Shown: positions 1-10,571 of the stretch, in pieces
Numbering within the stretch: position 1 is the stretch's first letter
Layout of the letters: the number at the start of each line of letters is the position of its first letter
Assembly (NCBI GenBank): GCA_024231955.1
Contig: JAAEPZ010000591.1
Span: forward strand, 98,453 to 162,452
Length of the DNA: 64,000 nt
Source: a bacterium
GTDB taxonomy: Bacteria > Krumholzibacteriota > Krumholzibacteriia > JACNKJ01
Direction: 5' to 3'
The notes under the pieces: model-generated
What the model was told of the DNA's origin: nothing
Database searches by the model: none
The model's input: only the letters and a program-made list of their open reading frames with translations
Program-made: the position numbers and the translations under genes

Positions 1-14
1 TATGGTGCAGGGAT

Positions 15-389
15 TCAGGTCGTAATTCCCAGCTCATCCTGTACGGCTGCGATCAGTTGTTGTCTGTCCACCGGCTTCTTGAACGACCGACAGGCGCCAA
101 TCCGCTCGGCGACGGTCAGAAAACTGCCGGGCGAGTTGCGGATGCCCCCCGAGATCGCGATGATCTTCACCGAGGGATGCTTGTACTGGATATCGCAGAT
201 CGTTTCGATGCCATCCTTGTGGGGCATTATCAGATCCATAATAATCAGATCCACAGGGGCCTGATCGAAGAGCTTAATTGCGATTTCGCCATCGGGGGCC
301 TCCTCGACATCGAACCCCTCATCCTCGAATGTGATTCGCAGCATTTTGCGGATCATAATGTCATCGTCGACAATCATTATACGTGGCAT
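15..389 (-). CDS. Stand-alone response regulator receiver (CheY-like REC domain)
   Basis: 124 aa. Translation MIVDDDIMIRKML...DLIIMDLIMPHKDG...IIAISG carries the DD / D / K receiver signature. Starts 4 nt downstream of the hybrid kinase on the same strand. Confidence 0.85.
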   Translation of the reverse strand: MPRIMIVDDDIMIRKMLRITFEDEGFDVEEAPDGEIAIKLFDQAPVDLIIMDLIMPHKDGIETICDIQYKHPSVKIIAISGGIRNSPGSFLTVAERIGACRSFKKPVDRQQLIAAVQDELGITT

Positions 390-392
390 GGA

Positions 393-3086
393 TTAACCTC
401 CCTTGCCGATGATCTGTGCTGTTTCGGATCTGGTGTCGAGTATGCGATAGATTGTCTCCTTCAGGCTCTGAATGCGGAAGGGCTTGACCAGATACTCGAT
501 CACACCGAGTTCCAGCGCCTGCTCCTTGGTGAGAATGTCACTGAACCCCGTACAGAGGATGATCGGCAGATCCGGCCTGAGCTTCAGTATCGCTTTGGTG
601 ATTTCACCCCCGGTGATCTCGGGCATGGTCTGGTCGGTGATGACCAGATCGAAAGTCTCCGGTTGCGCCGTGAAGGCCGTGAGGGCGTCTCGGCTGCTAG
701 TGAAGACCTCCACGGCGAAACCCATGTCCTGGAGAGCGAGCCGGGCGAAGTTGGCGATCTGCTGCTCATCATCGATGAAGAGAATTTTCCCGGGCGTCTC
801 TCCGCGTGATGAGATCACAGGCTTCCCGTCCCGGTCATCCTCAGCAAATTCCGGTTCCAGCTCCTCGCAGCGGGGGAGGTAGACCTTGAAGCAGGTTCCC
901 CGTTTGACGTCGCCATGCACGGTGATGGTCCCACCCAGGGATTCAACTATCCCATGCACCGTGGCCAGACCGAGGCCCGTCCCCTCGCCACCCTCTTTCG
1001 TGGTGAAGTAGGGGGTGAAGATCCTCTCCCTGTCGGCGAGATCGATGCCGATACCCGTATCGCTGACACTGAGGCAGAGATATTCCGGGACATTGACCAG
1101 GGGGATCGTGTCGGTATCCAGTTCGCTGCGTGCGATTTTCGACAAGCTGATCTCCAGAATACCGCCATCCTTGCTCATGGCCTGGGCTGCATTGGTGCAG
1201 AGATTCATGAGTATCTGGTGAATGTGAACTTCGGCAACATTGACCAGACCGCAATCTGGCTTGATCGCGGTGCGAATCGTGATTGTCGTCGGCAGACTGG
1301 CGCGCAGAAGCTTGAGCTCCCCCTCAATGATCGCATCGAGTGCCAGAGGGTGGGCGACCTCATCACCCTGGCGGCTGAAGGTGAGTATCTGATCGATCAG
1401 GTCCGCCGCCCGCCATTGAGCCTGCAGCGACTCCTGCAGGCAGGATGCGGCTCGGGAGTCGGGCGGCAGATCCTTAAGCGCAATTTCGGTGAAGCCTGTG
1501 GCGCTGAACAGAATATTGTTGAAATCGTGCGCAATCCCCCCGGCCAGAGTACCGATCGCCTCCATCTTCCGCCCCTGTTGGAGACGATACTCCAGTTGCT
1601 CTTTTTCCCGGACTATCGCCAGGTGCTCGGTGATGTCGTTGACGAGGGAGGTGACGCCGATCACTTCGTTATCCTCGTTGATCAGCGGGGTGCTGAACCA
1701 TTCGCAGTAGATGGTGCGTCCGTTGACGTCCAGGTGCTTCCCCCTCTCCTGAACACGCTCCCGCATCTGGACAGCTCGTCCCCAGGCATTGTAGATATGC
1801 TCTTTGTTGGCGGCGGTCATGATGAGGTCCCTGGCATGCTTTCCGATCGCATCTTCCGCTCCGTAACCGAATATTTTGCCTGCAGCCGGGTTCCAGCGTC
1901 TGGCCTTGAAATCCAGATCCCATTGGATGACGCCCATGGGCGTCTGATTGGTGTGCAGATTCAGGCGCCGCTCGGAATCGCGCAGGGCCTCCTCGGCTTT
2001 TTTGAACTCCGTGATGTCCTGCGCCACCAGCGAAATGCCGTTGATGGCCGCTCCGATATGCAGAGAGGAGACGGCCAGGCTGACCGTTATCATCTCCCCG
2101 TCATGCTTACGCCACCGGGTTTCGAATTCGACTTGGCCGACCTGATTGACCTTGTTCAGGAAAATATCTATCGCTGCCTCCCCACCGGACGTATCGCTGC
2201 TTGTCGGGGTGAGACTTGCGAGCAGTTCCGCCTCGAGATGAAAGAGCAGGGGGGTGTGCTTGCCGACGACCTCCTTGCTGTCATACCCGAGAATCAACTC
2301 GGCTCCCTCATTGAAATGGGAGATTATCCCCGATTCATCGGTGGCGATGATGGCGACCTGTCTCGTGGAGGAGAGGACGCTCCGAATATGATTCTGCGCC
2401 TTTATCATATTCGCCTGGCGCTGCCTGGTCTCCCGGTCGATCAGACACCTGCGTCGATGGGAGGCCAGCGAAAGCAGCAGGATAATCGCGCAACTCAGCG
2501 CGAGGGCCAAAACCACCCGCTTGTGAGCGAAGATCGTATTTTGAACCAGGCTGTCGTTGAAACGTCCCGCGCCCACATGCCATTGCCACGGCGCGAACGA
2601 CTCAACGAAGGCCATCTCCCCGATGTCGTTATTCGAGTCGTTGAGAGCCGGCAACGCCAGCTCCAGAGGTTTATTGGTCTGCGTCAAATCACCGCTTCGC
2701 ATGAACTCGTTGAGCAGCTTGCCCTGCAGGTCCGGTCGAGCAGTGTGCAGGAGGATGCGAGACTCATGATCGACGACCCAGATGTGACTGTGCTCTCCGG
2801 ATGATGTCCGGAGATTCCGGACCAGAGCGAAGGCCTGCTCCTTGGCTTCGGCGATTGACAGTGTCTCGCTGGCCTCAATTGCGGAGATGATCATAGTCGC
2901 GGCGTGAGCCCGTTCCCGTATCCGTTCAGTGCGCCATTCCCGCCACTCCCGCTCCATGGCGGGTCCCAGAATCAGCAGGCCAGTTAGGATGAACAGGAGT
3001 GCGGTGGTGAGCGATGGATAGGCGACCAGCAGCGTCACCTTCCGTCGTGATTCGATCCTCTCATGTCCTGTAGAGTGGGGGCGCAT
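393..3086 (-). CDS. Hybrid sensor histidine kinase (N-terminal TM, multiple PAS, HisKA, HATPase_c, C-terminal receiver)
   Basis: 897 aa. H-box AHDFNNILFSATGFTEIAL. G-boxes DTGIGI...GTGLGLATVHGIVESLGG. C-terminal REC KILFIDDEQQ...DLVITDQTMP. Several PAS-like blocks in the middle. Confidence 0.85.
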   Translation of the reverse strand: MRPHSTGHERIESRRKVTLLVAYPSLTTALLFILTGLLILGPAMEREWREWRTERIRERAHAATMIISAIEASETLSIAEAKEQAFALVRNLRTSSGEHSHIWVVDHESRILLHTARPDLQGKLLNEFMRSGDLTQTNKPLELALPALNDSNNDIGEMAFVESFAPWQWHVGAGRFNDSLVQNTIFAHKRVVLALALSCAIILLLSLASHRRRCLIDRETRQRQANMIKAQNHIRSVLSSTRQVAIIATDESGIISHFNEGAELILGYDSKEVVGKHTPLLFHLEAELLASLTPTSSDTSGGEAAIDIFLNKVNQVGQVEFETRWRKHDGEMITVSLAVSSLHIGAAINGISLVAQDITEFKKAEEALRDSERRLNLHTNQTPMGVIQWDLDFKARRWNPAAGKIFGYGAEDAIGKHARDLIMTAANKEHIYNAWGRAVQMRERVQERGKHLDVNGRTIYCEWFSTPLINEDNEVIGVTSLVNDITEHLAIVREKEQLEYRLQQGRKMEAIGTLAGGIAHDFNNILFSATGFTEIALKDLPPDSRAASCLQESLQAQWRAADLIDQILTFSRQGDEVAHPLALDAIIEGELKLLRASLPTTITIRTAIKPDCGLVNVAEVHIHQILMNLCTNAAQAMSKDGGILEISLSKIARSELDTDTIPLVNVPEYLCLSVSDTGIGIDLADRERIFTPYFTTKEGGEGTGLGLATVHGIVESLGGTITVHGDVKRGTCFKVYLPRCEELEPEFAEDDRDGKPVISSRGETPGKILFIDDEQQIANFARLALQDMGFAVEVFTSSRDALTAFTAQPETFDLVITDQTMPEITGGEITKAILKLRPDLPIILCTGFSDILTKEQALELGVIEYLVKPFRIQSLKETIYRILDTRSETAQIIGKGG

Positions 3087-3416
3087 GACGTCGATCCCGG
3101 ACAGCCTTGCCGATGCGGAACCCGAGAGCTGTTCCCGCAGCCCCGTATCGGCTTTATGCCGGGATTCAGAGCAGGAAATGCACCAGCGGATAAACGGTAT
3201 GTGAACCTGTCCGTAAATTGCCAGGCCGTGCGATCGATCTCAATTCCGTCAGGGATGTGAAATGTCGAATTGACCATCCTGAGCTCGGGACGGATTTTGC
3301 GGCTTGCCGGGGTGAGAAAGAAATCACATGCTGACGATCTTGTTCTTGGTGTTTGGGTTGAGATACCGTTACTATCTCGACAGTGAGATACCCTCTCTCC
3401 CTTCAAGGAGTTAAAT

Positions 3417-4808
3417 ATGACCGATAATGCAAAGAAAATTGCCGATCAGGGACGTGTCACTAGACGCAACTTTCTGCTCGCCGGCGGAGCTGCCGTGGCG
3501 GGAAGTGCACTGGCGATGTCATGCGGCAAACAGGATGGATCCCTGAATCTCGAATCAGCCGCCGAGGGCAATGTCCGCCGTCTGCGCATTCTGGGGCGTA
3601 CCGGATTCAAGGTCTCGGATATCAGCATGGGCTGCGGCAGCATCAGCGACGCCAATGTCGTCCGCTACGCCTATGACAAGGGGGTTAACTACTTCGACGT
3701 CGCCGAGTCCTACGGCAACGGTGATTCGGAGACCAAGATCGGTGAGGCGATGCAGTTCATGGATCGCAGCAAGATCTTCATTACGACCAAAGTGGTGGTT
3801 GGCGAAGAGGATACCGTCGACACTCTGGTTGATCGCTTCACCCAGTGTCTGTCGCGCATGCAAACGGACTATGCCGACTGCCTGTTCATGCACAGCATCA
3901 CCGATGTCAATATGGTCGAGAACGCGCCGTTCCACGCCGCTATTGAGCGGTTGAAGGGCGATGGACGTGTCCGTTTCGCCGGGATCTCGTCGCATGGGCC
4001 CAGAGGGGCTGAAGGCGACAGCATGGACAGCGTGTTGTGCAAGGCCGCGGAGGATGGCCGTTTCGATGTCATGCTGCTGACCTACAACTTCATGAATACT
4101 GAAGAGGGCGACCGTGTCCTGGCCGCCTGTAAGAAGAATAAAGTCGGAACCACCGCGATGAAGGTGTGCCCCGGCTATCTCGAGGTGGAGCGTTGGGATC
4201 CCGATAACCGGACCACGGATTATCAGGATTACATCGACAGAATGAGCGAGCGCGGCGTAGCGGAGGAGGAATCGATTACACGGATCGTCAACTGGATTGC
4301 CCGGATGGATTCGGTTTCCGGGACCATGAAGCCGTTCACGGACAAACACGGTCTGACGACTCAGGACCAGCTCCAGAAGGCCAGCACCCAGTGGGTCCTG
4401 AGGAACCCGGACATGCACACGGTCTGTGTCTCCATGCCCGATTTCGATAGCCTGGATAACATGGTCCCCCTTTCCGGCACGGAGCTGTCGGCGGCGGGCT
4501 CCGAATTCCTGGATGAATTCCGCTACGCCAACAATCACCGCTACTGTCGCCATGCCTGCACTGCCTGCGCCGGCAGTTGTCCGGAAGCGTTGCCGGTCAG
4601 CACCATCATGCGTTACTCCTACTATTTCCAGCGGCAGGGTCGTGAGAAGCATGCGATGCTGAAATATGCTGCCCTGGGCGGCAAAGGGGCCGAAGCCTGC
4701 AGCGCCTGCAAAGCACCATGCAGCGGCGCTTGCCCGCACGGCGTGAATATCCAGAGCAATCTTGTGCGTGCCCATTCGCTGATGTCTTTGCCTGAGGCGG
4801 TAGGTTAG
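3417..4808 (+). CDS. Tat-signal aldo/keto reductase family oxidoreductase with C-terminal Cys-cluster (4Fe-4S ferredoxin-like) domain
   Basis: 463 aa. Twin-arginine motif TRRNFLLAGGAAVAGSALA. AKR core GFKVSDISMGCG...YDKGVNYFDVAESYGNGDSE. C-terminal CxxCxxxCP and CxxCxxxCxxxCP motifs. RBS AAGGAG 8 nt upstream. Confidence 0.75.
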   Translation: MTDNAKKIADQGRVTRRNFLLAGGAAVAGSALAMSCGKQDGSLNLESAAEGNVRRLRILGRTGFKVSDISMGCGSISDANVVRYAYDKGVNYFDVAESYGNGDSETKIGEAMQFMDRSKIFITTKVVVGEEDTVDTLVDRFTQCLSRMQTDYADCLFMHSITDVNMVENAPFHAAIERLKGDGRVRFAGISSHGPRGAEGDSMDSVLCKAAEDGRFDVMLLTYNFMNTEEGDRVLAACKKNKVGTTAMKVCPGYLEVERWDPDNRTTDYQDYIDRMSERGVAEEESITRIVNWIARMDSVSGTMKPFTDKHGLTTQDQLQKASTQWVLRNPDMHTVCVSMPDFDSLDNMVPLSGTELSAAGSEFLDEFRYANNHRYCRHACTACAGSCPEALPVSTIMRYSYYFQRQGREKHAMLKYAALGGKGAEACSACKAPCSGACPHGVNIQSNLVRAHSLMSLPEAVG

Positions 4809-4811
4809 GAG

Positions 4812-5648
4812 ATGACCATTAAAAGAGTTCTGCCGATTGTGATGATCCTGCTGACCTTCGCCGCGCAAGTCGCGGCGGAGGTTTTTCCCGTACCCGCGGG
4901 TTGGCGTGTTGATGGTGAGGTCCTCGAGTTTGACGGCGAGAATCTCTGGCGGCATATCAACGGGGGAGCCGATCAGTTCATCGCCTGCGGTTTTCGGCTG
5001 TTGACCACAGCCGAACTGGTGCAGGGGGACCTGATCGTGTCCGTCAACGTCAATGACATGGCGACGCCGCTGAACGCCTATGGCATCTATCACCTGCAGC
5101 GATCTGACGGCATGGTGCCGCTATCCGCCGGAGCGGCCTCCGCGGCGACACCACCCTACCAGTGGTTATTGCTCAAGGATCGGTTCTTTGTCGTTGTCGA
5201 ACCCTTCGAGGGGGATATGACCGGGGAAAAAGGGGAGCAGCTGCTCAACGCAATTGCCGACGCATTGCCCGGTGACGATACACTGCCCGCCGAACTGGCG
5301 CTGCTCCCCGAGAGGGGGAAGGTTGCCGCCAGCGAGCGTTTCACCCGGGAGGCGTATCTTGGGCTGAGCGAACTGGGGCATTGCCTGTCCGCCGATTATC
5401 TGAGTGGTGATGACGGGTACCAGATCTTCACCATGATCCTCGGACAGACGGGTGACGGGACGAAGATACTGGCTGCCCTGCCTGAAAAGTGGCAGCGGCG
5501 GGAGATGGGCAAGCTGAAGGTGTGCCTCCGCACGATCCCCTATAAGGGGACTGTGGGACTGGCCTTATGGGACAATCGGATTGTCGGCGTGGCTGGCCGC
5601 CCTGATGCTGAGTCCACGCTTGAGGTGCTGACCCGGGTCTGTCGCTAG
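4812..5648 (+). CDS. Hypothetical secreted protein (signal peptide), co-transcribed with the Tat-AKR gene
   Basis: 278 aa. N-terminal hydrophobic signal MTIKRVLPIVMILLTFAAQVAA. 3-nt gap to upstream gene. No recognisable catalytic motifs. Confidence 0.55.
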   Translation: MTIKRVLPIVMILLTFAAQVAAEVFPVPAGWRVDGEVLEFDGENLWRHINGGADQFIACGFRLLTTAELVQGDLIVSVNVNDMATPLNAYGIYHLQRSDGMVPLSAGAASAATPPYQWLLLKDRFFVVVEPFEGDMTGEKGEQLLNAIADALPGDDTLPAELALLPERGKVAASERFTREAYLGLSELGHCLSADYLSGDDGYQIFTMILGQTGDGTKILAALPEKWQRREMGKLKVCLRTIPYKGTVGLALWDNRIVGVAGRPDAESTLEVLTRVCR

Positions 5649-5678
5649 TCCGCACTGGTCCGGAGGAATGATAGCTAC

Positions 5679-5705
5679 GGCGTCGTGAAAACGGCGCCTT
5701 TTTTT
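5679..5705 (+). terminator. Rho-independent terminator (7-bp GC stem with one G-U pair, UGAAAA loop, U7 tract)
   Basis: GGCGTCG-tgaaaa-CGGCGCC followed by TTTTTTT, directly after the stop of the 4812-5648 gene. Confidence 0.6.
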
Positions 5706-5837
5706 GTGGAGCCGTAAAATATCAGCCGAAATATGTCAATGTGGCAATGATTTGCTTAACCATTTCGCAATAATCAGCTATGATCTTCCGGATTCATTCA
5801 TCGGATTTTCAGGTCCTGTACTCTTGGGGGGCAGTGG

Positions 5838-8800
5838 GTGTCATTCGGCAATATCCGTAAATCAATCATCCTGATCCTGCTCAGCGGCTTTTTCTGTCTG
5901 TTCGTTGCTACGGTCGTCAGCCTCCATTTTCTGCATGAACAGCTGATCGCCGATGCGACCAAAACCAGGTTTGAGGCGGCCGCGAGGGTCTTCTCACATG
6001 CCGACAACCAGATCAAGAATCAGCTCCAAAGACGGGCGAGCAATCTGATGGAGCTGGAGCAGCGCTTCCGCCGAGTAACCTCGTCCAGCTTTTCCGAGCA
6101 TGTCGATATGGGTCGCAAGCTGAATGCAAGCGGAGGGGATCCGGGGCGTCCGCGGCGGCGGTATCTGGAGCATATCATCCTGACCGATGCCGCCGGTGAT
6201 ACGATCATGCAGCGGGGAGGCGGATCGCCGACAACTACTTGCGCGTATCGCGAGGAGGCGAGAAGCAAAAACGAGGCGTGCTTCCACTTTCGTTGCGGTA
6301 CCGATGGCGCACTGGAGTTGTGGTATGAAGTTCCCCGTTATCACGACGGGGAGCCGGATGGTCTGCTTCAGGTGGGGAGGGATGTCTCCCCGCTTTTCCG
6401 AAGATTTCAGGAGTTGTCCGATACCGATTTTGTCCTCCTGCTCAATCCCGAACTCACCCTGGCCGGTCGCACCTCCAGCCTCTCGGGAGTTAGGGGCTCT
6501 CCTGACATGATTCAGGGCAAGCTGGTTGCCTACTCCTCACTGACGACGTGGCCTCAGGCACTGATAGAGCAACTGACGGCATCCGATCTCATTCCGGAAT
6601 TGAATATCTTCACCACTCTGTTCACCCAACACCGATTCCAGATGTACAAACTCGCCTTCGGTCTGTCCGGCGGGCGGGATGTCGGCAGCATGTACCTGCT
6701 CTGCGATATCGGCACCGAGCTGGTCGCATTCCGGGCGTATGCCTCATCAATGCTCCTGGCCTCTTTGCTCATCAGCGGATTGCTGATCTGCGTTACGTGG
6801 ATATTTGTCGGACGCTTGCAGCAAGGGTTGCAGGTGTCGGAGCGCCGCCGCCTCAGGGAGAGTACCCTGCGCAGCGTTGAGCAGGGTAACCATCTTGAGG
6901 GGATCCGGCAGCACCGGGATTACCTGCAGGATGTCATCGATGGCCTGCCCTATCCAACCGTGGTCGTCGACGGTCAATGTCGTATTCAACTCACCAACCA
7001 ACAGCAGGAGACCAGTGTTTTAGCGGAATACCGGCCAACCTCCGCATGCTGTTACGGGGTGAGACTCCTGCAGGGGGAGGAGTGTGGTTGCAAGGGGGGT
7101 GTCTGTCCGATTCCCGGGATGATCGAATCCAGACAATCCATCAGCACGAGCGGGATCCTTGAGAGAGCGGACGGGGATGTCATGAGGTATGAGATCGATT
7201 TCACGCCGCTTGAGTCCGTTTCCGGTGAGAGCGGAAACGTCATCATCACTTTCCGCGACGTCACCCAGCGCTTCACCGACGAAAAGGCCTTGATCGAGAG
7301 CGAGACACGCTACCGCAGCCTGGTGGAACTGGCACCCAACAGCATCGTCATCCTGGTCGGCGGCATTATCACTTATACGAATCCTACGGCGCTGCGTCTG
7401 CTGGATGCCGACAACGAATCCAGGCTGATCGGACGTGAATTGTTGAGTTTCATCAGCCCGGAATTCCGCTTCAACACGATGGAGCGGCTGGCAATGGATC
7501 CGACCTCCGGCGATTCCGCCGAGATGATCCGCAGTCGGATCCACACCATCGCCGGTACATATGTCGATGTGGAGATTGGGGTGAGTCAAATCATCTACCG
7601 CGGGGAGGCTGCGCGCCAGGTGATCTTCAATGATATCTCCCGGCAGATCCATTTCGAAAACGACCTGCGGGTTGCGAAGAGGAACGCCGATATCGCCAAT
7701 CAGGCCAAGAGTGAATTCCTGGCGACCATGAGCCACGAGATCCGTACGCCGATGAACGGCATTGTGGGCATGGCCAGCCTGCTCAAGGAGACCGAACTCG
7801 ATCTCGAACAACGCGAATTTGTCGAGATGCTGGGCAAATCCGCCGACTCACTACTCTTGCTTCTCAATGACATACTGGATTTTTCCAAGGTGGAAGCCGG
7901 AAAGCTGGTGCTGGAGGAGAGGGAATTCAACCTGCACCAACTCTGCCTCGACAGCTGCAAACTCATGAGTGTTCGCGCAATCGAAAAGGAGCTCAAGCTC
8001 AAGTGCCTGGTCGACACCGATTGCCCGATCAACGTAATCGGTGATGCGGGCCGCATCCGTCAGGTGATTGGCAATCTCCTCAACAACGCGATCAAATTCA
8101 CAAGTACCGGCATGATCTCCTTCGCGTTAAGTCATGGTCGGGACGCCAATGATCGTGACCTCTTCCGATTCAAAGTCAGGGACACCGGTATCGGCATCCC
8201 CTCAAGCAAGCTCACACAGATCTTCGATGAGTTCAGCCAGGTTGACAACACCACGACTCGCCGATTCGGGGGGACGGGGCTGGGGTTGGCGATCTCCAAA
8301 AAACTGGTGGGGATGATGGGGGGGGAATTACAGGTCTCAAGTCAAGAGGGGATCGGTTCCACATTCAGCTTCGAGTTGCCGCTGGAGGTGTGTGCCGGCA
8401 GATTGGTATCCGAGGCTGCACCGGACCTGATGCAAGTCGATCCCGCAAGGGGAGCCGATGCTGGGATTGCCGGTGATCGTCTCGTAGGTCTCCGCGTCCT
8501 GGTAGCTGAGGACAACCCGATCAACAGCAGGATAGTCGAACAGATGCTGTTCAGGATGGGCTGCGAGACGACCATGGTCACCGATGGCCATATGGTGCTG
8601 GAGCAACTTGCCGAAAATCGATTCGATTTGATCCTCATGGACTGCCGCATGCCCGGGCTTGATGGCTACGAAACCACCAGTCGGATCAGGGAGCTGGAGG
8701 GGGCTCAGGCGACCATTCCGATCATTGCCGTAACCGCCAATGCAATGATGGACGACCGTCAGAATTGTCTCGATATCGGGATGGATGATTACCTCAGCAA

Positions 8801-8897
8801 GCCTCTCAAGATTGATGATCTACTCGCCGCGATCGAGAGAAACGGGCTGATCGACACCCCTGTACGGGAAAAACTACGGGATGGCGCAAGTGCTTAG
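5838..8897 (+). CDS. Hybrid sensor histidine kinase (TM, PAS, HisKA, HATPase_c, receiver)
   Basis: 1019 aa, GTG start. H-box [18 protein letters not shown]. HATPase [43 protein letters not shown]...[15 protein letters not shown]. Confidence 0.85.
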   Translation: MSFGNIRKSIILILLSGFFCLFVATVVSLHFLHEQLIADATKTRFEAAARVFSHADNQIKNQLQRRASNLMELEQRFRRVTSSSFSEHVDMGRKLNASGGDPGRPRRRYLEHIILTDAAGDTIMQRGGGSPTTTCAYREEARSKNEACFHFRCGTDGALELWYEVPRYHDGEPDGLLQVGRDVSPLFRRFQELSDTDFVLLLNPELTLAGRTSSLSGVRGSPDMIQGKLVAYSSLTTWPQALIEQLTASDLIPELNIFTTLFTQHRFQMYKLAFGLSGGRDVGSMYLLCDIGTELVAFRAYASSMLLASLLISGLLICVTWIFVGRLQQGLQVSERRRLRESTLRSVEQGNHLEGIRQHRDYLQDVIDGLPYPTVVVDGQCRIQLTNQQQETSVLAEYRPTSACCYGVRLLQGEECGCKGGVCPIPGMIESRQSISTSGILERADGDVMRYEIDFTPLESVSGESGNVIITFRDVTQRFTDEKALIESETRYRSLVELAPNSIVILVGGIITYTNPTALRLLDADNESRLIGRELLSFISPEFRFNTMERLAMDPTSGDSAEMIRSRIHTIAGTYVDVEIGVSQIIYRGEAARQVIFNDISRQIHFENDLRVAKRNADIANQAKSEFLATMSHEIRTPMNGIVGMASLLKETELDLEQREFVEMLGKSADSLLLLLNDILDFSKVEAGKLVLEEREFNLHQLCLDSCKLMSVRAIEKELKLKCLVDTDCPINVIGDAGRIRQVIGNLLNNAIKFTSTGMISFALSHGRDANDRDLFRFKVRDTGIGIPSSKLTQIFDEFSQVDNTTTRRFGGTGLGLAISKKLVGMMGGELQVSSQEGIGSTFSFELPLEVCAGRLVSEAAPDLMQVDPARGADAGIAGDRLVGLRVLVAEDNPINSRIVEQMLFRMGCETTMVTDGHMVLEQLAENRFDLILMDCRMPGLDGYETTSRIRELEGAQATIPIIAVTANAMMDDRQNCLDIGMDDYLSKPLKIDDLLAAIERNGLIDTPVREKLRDGASA

Positions 8898-8937
8898 GCG
8901 GGAATTACAAATTCGTTCGGGATGTCGTGAAAAGTAG

Positions 8938-8965
8938 TTGATCTCCGGACCCCATTCCCTATGAT
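8938..8965 (+). promoter_or_regulatory. Candidate sigma70-type promoter upstream of the 2-oxoacid oxidoreductase operon
   Basis: TTGATC - 16 nt - TATGAT, about 160 nt upstream of the first operon gene. Pattern match only. Confidence 0.3.
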
Positions 8966-9124
8966 GCAAATAATCCGTGGCAGGCTTCGCCTCCCGGATA
9001 CGTCATGCAGGCGATCTGATTCGAGGTCCACTCCAGTCGCTTGCTGACCCGCCTGACTGCGTTGAAGTAGCGTGGAAGCCGTTTCGGTTTCCACGCTCAT
9101 GGTTACCGGGGAGAGGGCGCATAC

Positions 9125-9424
9125 ATGAGATACTGGCGAGTTCCACTAGACGCCGAAAAAGTCAAGATTCCCCGGGGCGAAATCCACCTGATTATCAATC
9201 GTTGTAAAGGCTGCGAGTTTTGCGTGGAGTTCTGTCCGCGCGATGTACTCGTCATGTCCAAGGATTACAATGTGAAGGGCTACCACTATCCCGAAGTGGC
9301 TGTCCCCGATCAATGCGTCAACTGCGATCTGTGCCAGGTGATCTGCCCCGACTTTGCAATCTTCTGTCTCCCTCAGGACGCAGAGGCCAAATCGGATGAG
9401 GAGGTGAAAGATGGAGAAGGCTGA
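9125..9424 (+). CDS. 2-oxoacid:ferredoxin oxidoreductase delta subunit (2x[4Fe-4S] ferredoxin)
   Basis: 99 aa. CKGCEFCVEFCP and CVNCDLCQVICP motifs. RBS GGAGAGGG upstream. First gene of a D-A-B-G operon. Confidence 0.85.
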   Translation: MRYWRVPLDAEKVKIPRGEIHLIINRCKGCEFCVEFCPRDVLVMSKDYNVKGYHYPEVAVPDQCVNCDLCQVICPDFAIFCLPQDAEAKSDEEVKDGEG

Positions 9425-10571
9425 TTCAAAGCGAGTTCTCACAGGCAGTCATTACCTTGACGGCGATCACGCCTGTACCGAGGGCGCGTTGGCGGCGGGA
9501 TGCAATTTCATCGCCGGCTATCCTATCACTCCGTCAACCGAGGTGGTTGAACGATACTCCCGCCGGATCCCTGCGATCGGCGGCACGTTCATTCAGATGG
9601 AGGATGAGATCGCGTCCATCACCGCAGTCCTGGGCGCCGTCTGGGGTGGTGCCAAGGCGATGACGGTGACCTCCGGCCCCGGGTTCAGTTTGATGATGGA
9701 GAACATCGGTCTGGCCGCGATGCTGGAGACCCCCTGCGTGATCGTCAACGTCATGCGCGGTGGTCCCTCCACGGGGTTGCCGACAATGGTCGGACAGGCG
9801 GATGTCATGCAGGCGCGCTGGGGATCCCATGGCGATTACGAGATCATCGCCCTTGCGCCGCAATCTCCGCAGGAGGCCTTCACGCTGATGATCGATGCCT
9901 TCAATCTGGCCGAGCGTTATCGACTGCCGGTGATGGTGATGCTCGACGAGTGCATCGGCCACATGACCGAGAAGGTCGTGATCCCCGAGGCGTGTGAAAT
10001 CGAGATTCGTCCGCGACGCATCTCCACCAAGGAGAAGGGTGAGTATTTGCCGTATGAGATCGGCGCCGACATGGTGCCCGACATGGCCCATGCCGGTGAG
10101 GGGCACCGGTACCACATCACCGGCCTGACGCACGATGAGCGGGGATATCCCGCCATGGACGCCGAGGTGCACGACAAGCTCGTACGCAGGTTGTGCGACA
10201 AGGTCCGTGAGCAGGCCGACGACATCATCATGCTCGATGAGGATGGTATGGATGGTGCGGAGATAGTGCTGATCTCCTACGGCATCACCTCCCGTGTGGC
10301 CCGCGCTTCGATTGAGGCCACCCGCGCGGCCGGGATCAAGGTCGGCAGCTTGCGTTTGCAGACCCTTTGGCCGTTCCCCGAAAAACGGATCGGCGAGTTG
10401 GCCGGCAAGGTGAAGGCGTTTGTCGTCCCCGAGGTCAATTACGGCCAGATCAGCCTTGAGGTCGAGCGGTGTGCCGCAGGTCGGGCGCAAACGCTCCTGG
10501 TTCCGCATATGGGTGGGGGCGTACACGATCCCGCCGTCATTACCCGGGCGATTGAGGAGGCTGCAAAATGA
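9411..10571 (+). CDS. 2-oxoacid:ferredoxin oxidoreductase alpha subunit (pyruvate/2-oxoglutarate family)
   Basis: 386 aa. GSHYLDGDHACTEGALAAGCNFIAGYPITPSTEV is the canonical POR/KOR alpha N-terminus. Overlaps the delta gene by 14 nt. Confidence 0.9.
   Translation: MEKADSKRVLTGSHYLDGDHACTEGALAAGCNFIAGYPITPSTEVVERYSRRIPAIGGTFIQMEDEIASITAVLGAVWGGAKAMTVTSGPGFSLMMENIGLAAMLETPCVIVNVMRGGPSTGLPTMVGQADVMQARWGSHGDYEIIALAPQSPQEAFTLMIDAFNLAERYRLPVMVMLDECIGHMTEKVVIPEACEIEIRPRRISTKEKGEYLPYEIGADMVPDMAHAGEGHRYHITGLTHDERGYPAMDAEVHDKLVRRLCDKVREQADDIIMLDEDGMDGAEIVLISYGITSRVARASIEATRAAGIKVGSLRLQTLWPFPEKRIGELAGKVKAFVVPEVNYGQISLEVERCAAGRAQTLLVPHMGGGVHDPAVITRAIEEAAK

Noticed and set aside
57-809. 250-aa plus-strand ORF overlapping the response regulator and the kinase C-terminus.
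   Set aside because: It is antisense to two well-supported genes and has no recognisable domain.
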